Shown here piece by piece: positions 9,655 to 18,930 of a DNA stretch of 57,208 nt. The first letter of the stretch is position 1. Every line of letters starts with the position of its first letter. Source of the DNA: a virus (Duplodnaviria; Caudoviricetes); the IMG/VR virus record IMGVR_UViG_3300045996_001423, positions 1 through 57,208 of that record; one strand, given 5' to 3'. Position numbers and translations under genes: made by a program. Below the pieces are notes generated by a model. That model did no database searches and was not told where the DNA came from. It was given only the letters and a program-made list of their open reading frames with translations.

Positions 9655-9867
9655 ATGAAGACCTGCACCTACTGCGACAAGTACAAAGCACAGTACCAGC
9701 CACGCACAAATTGCGGTCGTTGCTGGTCCAAGTGGTTCGCGACCAACCCCGGTAAAGCTCTGGCCCTCAAGAGAGCGCTCGAAGCCGGTAAGGAAGCATC
9801 CGTTGTAGACGTGGCTGGGAAGAAGTTTGTAAAGATGCTCAAGAAATTCTTAAGAGGAGAACTGTAG
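9655..9867 (+). CDS. Zn-finger hypothetical protein
   Basis: CTYC...CGRC. Confidence 0.6.
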   Translation: MKTCTYCDKYKAQYQPRTNCGRCWSKWFATNPGKALALKRALEAGKEASVVDVAGKKFVKMLKKFLRGEL

Positions 9868-10154
9868 TGACTGAACGATACGAAGAAACGCTGTCACAGG
9901 TGCTGAACACAGCGGTGGATATTCTGCACGGAAAGGCAGAAGCGAACAACCAGAGCACCCCGTCCAAGTGGCATTACCAGAGCGGCACTACGTTCTTCGC
10001 CATGGTGGAGAGCGAAATCCTGCGGCTCAAGGCTGCGTATGAGGACAAGAAGGAGTCGCCCGACAACGTCGAGCATTCCAGCCGGATTGTGGGCCACGCT
10101 CTCAACGCCGCCCTGGAATTGATCAAGTTCTCATATGTCGAGGGAGACCTGTAA
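9867..10154 (+). CDS. hypothetical protein
   Basis: GAGGAG SD, TAGTG junction. Confidence 0.6.
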   Translation: MTERYEETLSQVLNTAVDILHGKAEANNQSTPSKWHYQSGTTFFAMVESEILRLKAAYEDKKESPDNVEHSSRIVGHALNAALELIKFSYVEGDL

Positions 10155-10411
10155 TGACCAACGTGATCTGCGAAGTAAAGGGGCTGGAAGACATGCGTCA
10201 GAAAGTTTTCGCAATCCCCCCAAAGACATGGTTCATAGGCAGAATATCCGGTACGGACATATTCTCTACGTTCTTGTGGACTGGGTTCGTACTGGTAGAC
10301 GTATGTCAAATGGAAACGTGGAGTGGTTTTCATACTGACGGCGTCGTTCGCGCCATGTCTATCGAAGGGTATAAGCCGCTCACAGCCGTGGAAATTCAGG
10401 GGATCGAGTAG
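10154..10411 (+). CDS. hypothetical protein
   Basis: TAATG junction. Confidence 0.55.
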   Translation: MTNVICEVKGLEDMRQKVFAIPPKTWFIGRISGTDIFSTFLWTGFVLVDVCQMETWSGFHTDGVVRAMSIEGYKPLTAVEIQGIE

Positions 10412-10666
10412 ATGACCGACGTATTCGTAGTTAAACGTGAGGACGTGACGCCGGTAGTCACGGAGTTGAAGGACATCCCCGAGTATACGTTCTTCTACGC
10501 TTCTGTGCCGCGATATTTCAAAGATACGCGCCTGTTCTATAAGGGGTTTAGCGCTGCCTCTACTGTAGCCGTGGGAGAGGGGGGCCATACTTGGGAGCAT
10601 CCCCATAGCCCGTTTGAGAACGTTCGCCTGGTTAAGACGGCGCGTATCGAAGTGGAGGTGGAATGA
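10412..10666 (+). CDS. hypothetical protein
   Basis: TAG-ATG junction. Confidence 0.55.
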   Translation: MTDVFVVKREDVTPVVTELKDIPEYTFFYASVPRYFKDTRLFYKGFSAASTVAVGEGGHTWEHPHSPFENVRLVKTARIEVEVE

Positions 10667-11676
10667 TCCAGGTTGAAGCCCCACAAACTGAGGCGGCGAA
10701 GGATGCGGCGATTGAGAAAGCCGTAGCGGAGATCAACAAGGAGCACGGAAAAAACTCCATATTGACTCTGGGGCACCGGGTCGGTGTCACTATACCCCAC
10801 ATTCCTACCGGCATCTACTCCGTAGACAAGTCTGTGCTGGGTTGCGGCGGTTTACCTAAAGGTAGAATTGTCGAGATCTTCGGCGCACCCTCCGGAGGTA
10901 AGACAACAATTGCGCTGATGGCTATAGCGAACGCTCAGAGGACGGGAGGCAGGGCAGCGTTCATAGACGCAGAGTGTGCGTTCGGGGCAGACTGGGCCGC
11001 GATACTCGGTGTGGACGTGGACAACCTTCTGGTGTCGCAACCAGACTACGGTGAGCAGGCACTGAAGATTGTCGAAACGCTGCTTGAATCCAGAGCACTC
11101 GACATCATCGTGGTGGACAGTGTTGCGGCACTCATTCCAAAAGCAGAACTGGACGGCGAGATTGGTGACGCACACATGGCTCTCCAGGCACGGATGATGT
11201 CGCAGGCCATGCGCAAACTGACTTCGGTTGTGTCTTCCTCTGGTACATGCCTTGTGTTCCTGAACCAAACGAGGACCAATCTAGGAATTACATACGGCTC
11301 CAATGAGGTCACGACTGGCGGGAAGGCTCTGCAATTCTACTCGTCGGTCAGACTGAGTGTCAAACGGATTGGGCAGGTTAAACAGAACGAGGAGATTATC
11401 GGCAACAAAACAAAGATTGCTGCCGTTAAAAACAAGGTAGGAGCGCCGTTTCGGGAAGCGGAGATTGACCTGTTGTTCGACCGTGGGTTCGACCGGGTTG
11501 GAAACCTGATCGACATCGGAGTCGAACGCAAAGTAATTTCCAAGGCGGGAGCGTGGTTTAACTGGTCGGAGCAAAAGTTTCAAGGTAAGGAAGCGCTTCG
11601 TTCCTTCATTACCGAAGACGACGCCCGCTACGAAGCATTGCTTGCAGAGGTTCACGGAGGAGACGACGCACAATGA
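10663..11676 (+). CDS. recA: RecA recombinase
   Basis: GGLPKGRIVEIFG..SGGKTT, AAFIDAE, SQPDYGEQAL, VVDSVAAL, QARMMSQAMRKL, TTGGKAL. Confidence 0.97.
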   Translation: MIQVEAPQTEAAKDAAIEKAVAEINKEHGKNSILTLGHRVGVTIPHIPTGIYSVDKSVLGCGGLPKGRIVEIFGAPSGGKTTIALMAIANAQRTGGRAAFIDAECAFGADWAAILGVDVDNLLVSQPDYGEQALKIVETLLESRALDIIVVDSVAALIPKAELDGEIGDAHMALQARMMSQAMRKLTSVVSSSGTCLVFLNQTRTNLGITYGSNEVTTGGKALQFYSSVRLSVKRIGQVKQNEEIIGNKTKIAAVKNKVGAPFREAEIDLLFDRGFDRVGNLIDIGVERKVISKAGAWFNWSEQKFQGKEALRSFITEDDARYEALLAEVHGGDDAQ

Positions 11677-11879
11677 CCTACGTATTCAAGTGCAGTGACT
11701 GCGGTAAAGAGGTTAAGCACACTCCTGAGGAAGGTTACGAGGACATTTACGCCGTAGCTTATATTGCTGGGGCGCGGCATGAGCGTTTCGACCCGGACAA
11801 CCGGCGAGCGGACGGGTTTTGGTGTCTGACGGCGGGGGCGAAGTGCCTAGTGCTTCAAGGTCTGGAGGTGGATTACTAA
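11673..11879 (+). CDS. hypothetical protein
   Basis: GGAGGAG SD, ATGA overlap, CSDC. Confidence 0.55.
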   Translation: MTYVFKCSDCGKEVKHTPEEGYEDIYAVAYIAGARHERFDPDNRRADGFWCLTAGAKCLVLQGLEVDY

Positions 11880-13378
11880 TGAACCCGTTGTTGATGGCAG
11901 ATTTTTACAAACTTGGGCACAGGGCCTGCTACCCCCCGTCTACCACGCAGGTCTGGTCGAACTGGACGGCGCGAAAGTCTCGTGTCCCTGGAGTTGACCA
12001 GATTGTCTTCTTCGGACTGCGCTACTTCATTGAGAAGTATCTGTGCGAGGAGTTCGAATACAACTTCTTCCGCCGTCCAATTAAGGAAGTGGTAGACCAG
12101 TACCGGGAGGTAGTCAGCGCTACGCTTGGCGACCCGAACCCGTACACAAAGCACATCGAGCAGCTTCACGACTACGGCAGGAAGACTGGTGGCCTGCCTA
12201 TCCGGATCTACGCCCTGCCTGAGGGGTCTCAGGTTGATGTCGGCGTACCGGCGCTGGTTGTTACGAACACCAAGCCGTGGGCGTTCTGGCTACCCAACTA
12301 TCTCGAAACGATTCTGAGCAACATACTGTGGAAGCCGATCACGTCGGCCACCACAGCCAGAGAGTACCGGAAGATCTGCATGAAATACGCACGGCAGGCT
12401 GGCGAGACGGACTTCTCGTTCGTTGACTGGCAGTGCCACGACTTCTCGATGCGCGGTATGAGCGGGGTGGAAGACGCGGTCCTGTCAGGCATGGGCCATC
12501 TGCTGTCGTTCTCCGGTACGGATACGATCCCCGCTATCCTCGCGGCGCACAAGTATTACAACGCCCCGTACTCGGTGGGCGGCAGCGTAAACGCCACGGA
12601 GCATTCTGTAATGTCGGCAGGAGGTAAGGAGTCGGAACTGGAAACGTTCCGCCGCCTGATCGAGGACGTTCACCCGACCGGCGTGGTCAGCATCGTCAGT
12701 GACACCTGGGATCTCTGGAAGGTGTTGACGGAGTACGTGCCCGCTCTGCGTGACAAGATCCTGGCGCGAGATGGAAAAAGTGTGTTTAGGCCCGACAGCG
12801 GTGACCCGGTGAAGATTCTGTGCGGCGACAGTTCCAAGTTTATGGAGATCGAGCACGGGTATAAGTCCTCACACCACCCGGCGTTTTACGGAGTGCTTTG
12901 TCTACTCCAGCAACACCTTGGCGTGGAGTACCGGGACGGAAAACTGCCCCTGATCAAAAAGGCCGGTGCAATCTATGGCGACTCTATCACACTGGAGAGG
13001 GCAGACCAGATCCTCGACCTCACAGTGAACGAGTTGCGCATGTCGCCGTATAACGTGGTCCTCGGAATTGGCTCGTACACATACGAACTGGTGACGCGTG
13101 ACACCTACGGTCAGGCGATGAAGGCTACGGCGGTGCGCAACGGAGATGAGATCATTCCGATTTGGAAAGACCCAGTGACCGACGACGGAATGAAGAAGTC
13201 CCTGAAGGGCATCCCTGCAGTGTACGAGAACGAGATGAACAACGGATACTTCGTCGTTGATAACCAACCAGAAGAAGCCCTTGACAACTGCGCTTATTGT
13301 AAGGTGTACGAGAACGGGTTGCACTTAGTGAAGGACGACTTTGAAACGATTCAAAAGAGAGCGAGGGTAGGACTGTGA
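11879..13378 (+). CDS. nicotinamide phosphoribosyltransferase homolog (Namat-like)
   Basis: ADFYKLGH, HDFSMRG, ATEHSVMS, SIVSDTWD, RPDSGDP, IYGDSIT, KDPVTDDG.KKS.KG. Confidence 0.93.
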   Translation: MNPLLMADFYKLGHRACYPPSTTQVWSNWTARKSRVPGVDQIVFFGLRYFIEKYLCEEFEYNFFRRPIKEVVDQYREVVSATLGDPNPYTKHIEQLHDYGRKTGGLPIRIYALPEGSQVDVGVPALVVTNTKPWAFWLPNYLETILSNILWKPITSATTAREYRKICMKYARQAGETDFSFVDWQCHDFSMRGMSGVEDAVLSGMGHLLSFSGTDTIPAILAAHKYYNAPYSVGGSVNATEHSVMSAGGKESELETFRRLIEDVHPTGVVSIVSDTWDLWKVLTEYVPALRDKILARDGKSVFRPDSGDPVKILCGDSSKFMEIEHGYKSSHHPAFYGVLCLLQQHLGVEYRDGKLPLIKKAGAIYGDSITLERADQILDLTVNELRMSPYNVVLGIGSYTYELVTRDTYGQAMKATAVRNGDEIIPIWKDPVTDDGMKKSLKGIPAVYENEMNNGYFVVDNQPEEALDNCAYCKVYENGLHLVKDDFETIQKRARVGL

Positions 13379-13776
13379 AATTGTTTTCGTTTGGTAAAGA
13401 CGGTGGTTCTGAATCCACAGTGTCGGGGCTCTTCTTCGTGGAGATCAAGTCATTGTTCTCCATTGCGGTGCTGCGGTTTGCTGAGGGGTCGCGGGACGCT
13501 TACCACGACCACGCTTTCAACTCTATTTCCTGGGTGTTAAGCGGTGCTCTTATCGAGCACCACCTAAACGGTGCCGTGACAACTCATTTCCCCAGCATCC
13601 GACCCATTATTACACGCCGTAACACCTTCCACAAGGTTGTGAGTTTTGACACCACGTGGGTGTTCACGCTGCGCGGGCCTTGGGCGGCGCACTGGCATGA
13701 GTTCCTCCCACACCAACAGGAACAGATTACTTTGACGCACGGAAGAAAGGTTGTGGCGACAGGAGGAGACGAGTGA
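13375..13776 (+). CDS. cupin-fold protein
   Basis: AYHDHAFNSISWVLSG...TFHKV (HxH...H metal site). Confidence 0.65.
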   Translation: MKLFSFGKDGGSESTVSGLFFVEIKSLFSIAVLRFAEGSRDAYHDHAFNSISWVLSGALIEHHLNGAVTTHFPSIRPIITRRNTFHKVVSFDTTWVFTLRGPWAAHWHEFLPHQQEQITLTHGRKVVATGGDE

Positions 13777-14648
13777 CAACAGGAACACTGAGAGTTGAAA
13801 AAAGCGAACTGCTGGACATCTTCACCTACCCGGCAGGAGAGACGCAGGTTCGGCTGACCGAAGCGGGTGTGAAGTTCGTACAGCGGTGCGGGAGGCTCAA
13901 CGTCATCGCGAACATATACAACGCGCAACACCATATAAATACTCTGCTCACACTTAACGCTTTAGACGGTATCCTTGCTCCGGGACAGGGCCATCTCTTT
14001 CTACCATACCTACCGTACTCCCGAGCGGACAGGAGATTCTGTCCAGGAGACTGTCTGGGACTGGTGATGTTCTTCGACGCACTTCGTAGCGACGTGATAT
14101 TTGACGCGTATACGCTGGACGCACACTCAGCAATTGCAGAGAAGTACGGTGTCGTAAACATTTCGCCACTGCCCCTGATCAAAAGGTCCATCGTGGACTT
14201 CGCCCGACGCAACAACACGAAGTCGGTGACGGTGCTATACCCGGATAGAGGGGCGTCTGAACGCTACACACTGACCGGGCACATCAACTGCAACACGGAC
14301 GGAGTGACGGTCAATGTACTGCACTGCAGCAAGCGGCGTAATCCTGTTACGGGAAAGCTGGAAGGCTTCGACGTACCCGGCAAGGAGTCGTTTGCAGACT
14401 CTGCAGTTCTGATTGTGGACGATATCTGTGACGGCGGCGGGACGTTCGTGGGCATCGCAGACAGCCTCGCCGGTTATGGCTTGACACTTGGTTTATATGT
14501 AACCCACGGCATCTTCTCTAAAGGCTTCGGGGAACTGAACGAGAGATTCGACCACATCTACACCACGAACAGCTTCCCTGAGAAAGGACCAAAAGATTTA
14601 GTGACTACATACGACGCAGTTGGCTTGATGTTGGAGGCTACGAGGTGA
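13773..14648 (+). CDS. ribose-phosphate pyrophosphokinase homolog (Adps-like)
   Basis: FTYPAGE, PYLPYSRADR, DAHS, LIVDDICDGGGTF, YVTHGIFSKG. Confidence 0.9.
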   Translation: MTTGTLRVEKSELLDIFTYPAGETQVRLTEAGVKFVQRCGRLNVIANIYNAQHHINTLLTLNALDGILAPGQGHLFLPYLPYSRADRRFCPGDCLGLVMFFDALRSDVIFDAYTLDAHSAIAEKYGVVNISPLPLIKRSIVDFARRNNTKSVTVLYPDRGASERYTLTGHINCNTDGVTVNVLHCSKRRNPVTGKLEGFDVPGKESFADSAVLIVDDICDGGGTFVGIADSLAGYGLTLGLYVTHGIFSKGFGELNERFDHIYTTNSFPEKGPKDLVTTYDAVGLMLEATR

Positions 14649-14947
14649 GGGCAGCGCTGTTTCTCTGCGCCCTGTCGCTCGCCGCGCAAGACAGCCGTCG
14701 TATCACCACCGACCAGCACGGTATGGACGTAGCAGAGTTCGACAAGGCTCACTACGAGTACATGCGCAAGTACTACGGCTGTCCTGTTGACGGCCCCTGG
14801 TCCAGTGAGACATGCAGCAACGCCAGGCAGGAGCGGGACGTGGACATGTACGACGAGGCGCGGGCTAAGGCTATGAAGGCGTACAACCTGACGGCACCGG
14901 AGAAGGCAAAGAAGCGGGGTTGGTGGAGTCGGTTATGGAAAAGGTAA
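14645..14947 (+). CDS. putative exported protein
   Basis: Signal-peptide-like MRAALFLCALSLAA. Confidence 0.55.
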   Translation: MRAALFLCALSLAAQDSRRITTDQHGMDVAEFDKAHYEYMRKYYGCPVDGPWSSETCSNARQERDVDMYDEARAKAMKAYNLTAPEKAKKRGWWSRLWKR

Positions 14948-15183
14948 CGGTCTACGTTATACGCCGCCATTCGGACGGGAAGTTTTATCACAAGTCTGGA
15001 TGGAGAGACAAGATGCAGGATGCCCGGTTCTACCAGAACAAAGGGTTTGCCACTGCGAATGTCAGAACGGTCTGCTCTTACGTGATAGGCGGAATGTTTT
15101 CGGTTGAAGAGTATGAGTTGCTACCGACAGGCAGGGACACTGTTGTTCGGGTAGGCGGCGAAGACGAAGAGGAGTTTGAGTGA
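14935..15183 (+). CDS. hypothetical protein
   Basis: GGAG SD; packed ORF. Confidence 0.55.
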   Translation: MEKVTVYVIRRHSDGKFYHKSGWRDKMQDARFYQNKGFATANVRTVCSYVIGGMFSVEEYELLPTGRDTVVRVGGEDEEEFE

Positions 15184-15506
15184 GTCAGGAAGACGCATTG
15201 ATTGAAACGCCGGATTCCCAGAAGCAGATGCGGGAGTTGTTGCTGGCGCTGGTGAACGACGCTATTGAGGGGCGTTTGCTGTCCGTGACGGTGATCATGG
15301 AAACCACCAGCGGGCAGATGGCAACGCGCCGCACTACGCTGCACAGTCCGTTTGCTGTTGCCGGGTACATGGACGCAGTGAAGTACGACATTACAGCCGA
15401 GTCGTTCTTCGATGAGGAGTACTCAGACTCTGATTCGATGCTGGTGGAAGTAATGATGGACGAAGAGGTTGACGACGACGAAGACGAGGATGAGGAGGAA
15501 GATTAA
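15180..15506 (+). CDS. hypothetical protein with a very acidic C-terminus
   Basis: AGGAG SD; tail DEEVDDDEDEDEED. Confidence 0.6.
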   Translation: MSQEDALIETPDSQKQMRELLLALVNDAIEGRLLSVTVIMETTSGQMATRRTTLHSPFAVAGYMDAVKYDITAESFFDEEYSDSDSMLVEVMMDEEVDDDEDEDEEED

Positions 15507-15552
15507 GTGGCGTACGCACTGCGCTTCTACAAGGTCGAAGAGGTAGAAAACC

Positions 15553-15813
15553 ATGGATGACAATCTGACCGTCCACACAGGTATTGAATTTCCTGCCGGG
15601 ACTATCGTGGTTACCACGATAGTTGAAGACACAGATAAAATTACTGTGACAAAGGAACTGTACACAAAAGCTCTTGCGGAGAAAGGTTCCCGTTCCGGTG
15701 TGTGTTTCGAGATCGTTCGGAGCGACGTTGCTGACATCGAGTGCGCAGTTACAAACGCCTTGAAGCAGACCACAAGGCGTGTCCATGAGCGGATCAATAA
15801 GGGAGATGTGTAG
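15553..15813 (+). CDS. hypothetical protein
   Basis: GAGGT SD. Confidence 0.55.
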   Translation: MDDNLTVHTGIEFPAGTIVVTTIVEDTDKITVTKELYTKALAEKGSRSGVCFEIVRSDVADIECAVTNALKQTTRRVHERINKGDV

Positions 15814-16040
15814 TGGCACAGCCATGGGTGCATTCGTTAAGCAGCGCCCGCCAACTCCATGGAGCAAAAACAATAATGAATTCATTATCAATAGGGGATA
15901 GGGTGTCGTTTTTCTACAACGGCGCACGCTACCCCGGAACGGTGAGCCACCTTTTTGCGGACCTCACCATCATTCAACCAGCCCAGCCACTCGACGTTCG
16001 CGGCGTTGAAGTGAGCATGGTCGAGAAAGCGTCGGTGTAA
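15813..16040 (+). CDS. hypothetical protein
   Basis: GGGAG SD; TAGTG and TAATG junctions. Confidence 0.45.
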   Translation: MAQPWVHSLSSARQLHGAKTIMNSLSIGDRVSFFYNGARYPGTVSHLFADLTIIQPAQPLDVRGVEVSMVEKASV

Positions 16041-18142
16041 TGCAGTTACCTACACCGTCACAACAATTCGTATACGTCAGAACGTACAGTCGCTGGGTAG
16101 ATGAAATACGGCGGCGGGAGTTTTACCCTGAAACAACGAAGCGCTACCTGGGCTTCATGAAGCAGGAACTGGGGAGCGTCATCAGCCCTGCCCACGTCTC
16201 ATCTGCAGAGTCTGCAATCCTAGCCATGGACGCGATGCCGTCGATGCGAGCGTTCTGGGCAGCGGGAGAAGCTGCCCGAGACAATCACATCACAATGTAC
16301 AACTGCTCGTACGTTACAGTGAGCAGCGCAGCGGCGTTTGCCGAAGCGTTATACATTCTGACGTGCGGAACGGGAGTTGGTTTCTCGGTCGAGAGAAGAT
16401 ACACTGAACAACTCCCCGAAGTGCAACCGGCTACCGGGAAAACTTCTCACTGGGAAGTGCAGGACAGTAAAGAAGGCTGGGCGATGGCTCTGTACGTCCT
16501 CCTGCAAACGTTGTGGGACGGGCACAGCTTTACTTGGGACGTTAGTAAGGTTCGTCCTCGTGGTGCCCGCCTTAAGACTATGGGCGGCAGGGCGTCCGGA
16601 CCCGAGCCTCTTGTAGATCTGTTCAAATTCTGTGTCAGGCTGTTCGAGGAAAAGCGCAAAAGGAAATTGCGTCGTCTCGATCCCATTGACTGCCTCGACA
16701 TCATGAATAAGATCGCGGAGATCGTGGTGGTAGGCGGCGTTCGCCGGTCCAGTGAGATCTGCCTCAGTGACCTGACCGACCGGGCCATTGCCGAAGCAAA
16801 AGTCGGGGAGTTTTGGAACGAGCACCCGCACCGCCGCATGTCGAACAACAGCGCCGTGTACGAGGGACAGCCTGACGTGCTGACCTACTTCGAGGAGATG
16901 TCGGCGTTGATCCGGTCTCGGGCCGGGGAGCGTGGGATATTCAACCGGGAAGGGGCGACGAAACAAATGACCGCGTCCGGTCGCCGTTTGCCGTGGGAAG
17001 ACATCGGAACAAATCCCTAAACACCTTGGGGATGTAAAACCTTCTCTGATTGACTTGAAACCTGAAACGGCAACAAGGGGCAAGCGAAAGCAGCCTGAGA
17101 GACTAAGCGAGAGGGCGCGAAAGCGATGCGATAGTCCGGCCTCATGGGAATGGCAACCATGAGACGTTGGCAGAAATGACCAACGCCGCCCAGTACGGGT
17201 GGGTAACAGAGTGGTGGTGAAATTATCCTTCGCGACCAGGAGTTCTGCAACCTTTCTGAGGTAGTAGTCCGGTCCAGCGACAACCTTGAAACGCTACGGC
17301 GCAAGGTAAAGATAGCGGCGATGTTCGGTGCGTGGCAGGCAACGTTCACAAAGTTTCCATTCCTCCGGGACACATGGCAGAGGAACTGCGAAGAGGAGCG
17401 ACTGCTGGGGGTGTCTCTGACCGGTATCATGGACAACCCCGTGCTCAACCACGTAAACGACAAAGCCAAGAAGTGGATGTCCGAGCTTAAGGGCGTGGCC
17501 ATTGCTGAGACGGAGAGGTGGTGCAAGAAGCTGGGTATCAACATGAGCGCTGCAATTACCTGCGTCAAACCGTCTGGCACCGTCAGCCAACTTGTCAACT
17601 GCGCTAGTGGAATACACCAGAGGTATGCCTCACACTACGTCAGGCGCTACCGGATCAGCGCCACGGACCCTTTGTTCAGGATGTTGCGGGATCAGGGAAT
17701 GCCGTGGCACCCGGAGGTAGGCGAAGACCCGCAGACGGCGAGCACAATGGTTCTGGAGTTCCCCATTGCGGCTCCGGTCGGAGCGAAGACTCGGCACGAC
17801 TTCACAGCGATGCAACAACTCGAACACTGGAAGATGGTGAAGGAGTTCTGGTGTGAACACAACCCGTCCGTAACGGTATACGTTGCCGACGAGGAATGGC
17901 CGGGTGTGGCGGCGTGGGTGTACGAGAACTTTGACGACGTGTGCGGCATCAGTTTCCTGCCGAAGTCAAACCACGTGTACCAATTGGCCCCGTACGAAGA
18001 GTGCAGCGCCGCCGAGTTCAGCCGATTGCAGGAGGCGATGCCGAAACTGGACTATACAAAGCTTTCTGAATACGAGGAAGACGACAACACGGAGGGCAGC
18101 AAAGAGTTTGCCTGTGTTGGGGATAAATGCGAGTTGAAGTAG
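16040..18142 (+). CDS. nrdJ: class II (AdoCbl) ribonucleotide reductase, spliced: join(16040..17018,17214..18142)
   Basis: RTYSR, PSMR, YNCSY, GTGVGFS, GGVRRS; restored GTNPCGEIIL...FCNLSE; TCVKPSGTVS; C-terminal ACVGDKCE. Confidence 0.93.
17019..17213 (+). ncRNA. group I self-splicing intron (195 nt, no ORF)
   Basis: Exon ends in U and intron ends in G; P1 AUCCCU/GGGGAU with U.G; P3 CCUUCUC/GAGAGGG; P7 GACUA/UAGUC; P8 CGC-GAAA-GCG; P9 hairpins. Confidence 0.92.
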
Positions 18143-18150
18143 CGAACGCC

Positions 18151-18180
18151 TTGACACCCGCCGCACGGGTGTGGTAGTCT
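18151..18180 (+). promoter_or_regulatory. sigma70-type promoter P2
   Basis: TTGACA-CCCGCCGCACGGGTGTGG(18)-TAGTCT. Confidence 0.7.
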
Positions 18181-18207
18181 GAAATTGAAAGCATTGTGAG
18201 AATTCAA

Positions 18208-18242
18208 CGGGGTGGTGGCGGAAACGCCCCTCCCCGACTTTT
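18208..18242 (+). terminator. probable intrinsic terminator
   Basis: CGGGG.GG.GGCG-GAAA-CGCC.CC.CCCCG hairpin followed by a short T-tract. Confidence 0.55.
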
Positions 18243-18249
18243 CGAGTTT

Positions 18250-18591
18250 ATGAACACCATCAAACGATTTTTCTCATGCACCGTTTTAGCCGCGTCCCTG
18301 ATAGCATCAGACGAGACGCTGGTCATCAAAGAACTTTCAGAGTGTGAGCAGAAAGAGCTTCGCTCAGCCAGGCAGGAACTGGAAAAGGCGAAGCAGAAGC
18401 TGGACGAAGTGACGCAGAAGATTAAGCGGACGTACGGGGAATCGCCTTCTTTTACCTGCGAGTTAGAAGTGGAGCTTCGAGGTAAATATGCTATGATCAC
18501 GAGCAATCCCTACCGTTGCATCACAGCAAGTGACCTCGTTATTACAGGTGATGGTACAACCCTGAAGTTGTCCTCCCCCGGTACAAAGTAA
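18250..18591 (+). CDS. putative exported coiled-coil protein
   Basis: Signal-like N-terminus then heptad-rich KELRSARQELEKAKQKLDEV. Confidence 0.5.
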   Translation: MNTIKRFFSCTVLAASLIASDETLVIKELSECEQKELRSARQELEKAKQKLDEVTQKIKRTYGESPSFTCELEVELRGKYAMITSNPYRCITASDLVITGDGTTLKLSSPGTK

Positions 18592-18597
18592 ACTTCT

Positions 18598-18930
18598 ATG
18601 CCCTCCTACACCATAAACACCCTCCCTCAACCCAACCCACCGGACCCGGAAGATATCTGTGACTTCCTCAACGAAACCACGGACTACGACTTCGAGGTTG
18701 AGGGCTGCGGAACGGTCGTATCATGGGACATCTGCACATGGTACGAGTACGACGAAGACATGGCCCACCTCTCAGAACAATACCCTGGAACCATATTTGT
18801 TCTTGACATCCAGAACGAACGCTCCAGTATGCTGGCCGAGCGCTGCTACTTCCGCGACGGCAAGATGCAGTGTGCCGACATCACACTCAGCATCGAAGAC
18901 TTTGACGAGTCGAAACTGGAGTACGTCTAA
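18598..18930 (+). CDS. acidic hypothetical protein
   Basis: Open ORF rich in D/E. Confidence 0.6.
   Translation: MPSYTINTLPQPNPPDPEDICDFLNETTDYDFEVEGCGTVVSWDICTWYEYDEDMAHLSEQYPGTIFVLDIQNERSSMLAERCYFRDGKMQCADITLSIEDFDESKLEYV

Noticed and set aside
10154-10666. Two adjacent ~85-aa ORFs as paralogs
   Set aside because: The similarity (IP..T.F...F, terminal V.IE) is too weak to support without an alignment.
17018-17020. TAA in nrdJ read as a pseudogene, stop readthrough or alternative genetic code
   Set aside because: A group I intron explains it exactly. Other genes end normally on TAA, TAG and TGA with tight coupling, so there is no sign of recoding.
18184-18191. ATTGAAAG resembling a CRISPR repeat 3' end or crRNA handle (RNA anti-CRISPR idea)
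   Set aside because: It is a single 8-mer with no repeat body and no second copy seen, and it starts too close to the -10 box to be the transcript 5' end.
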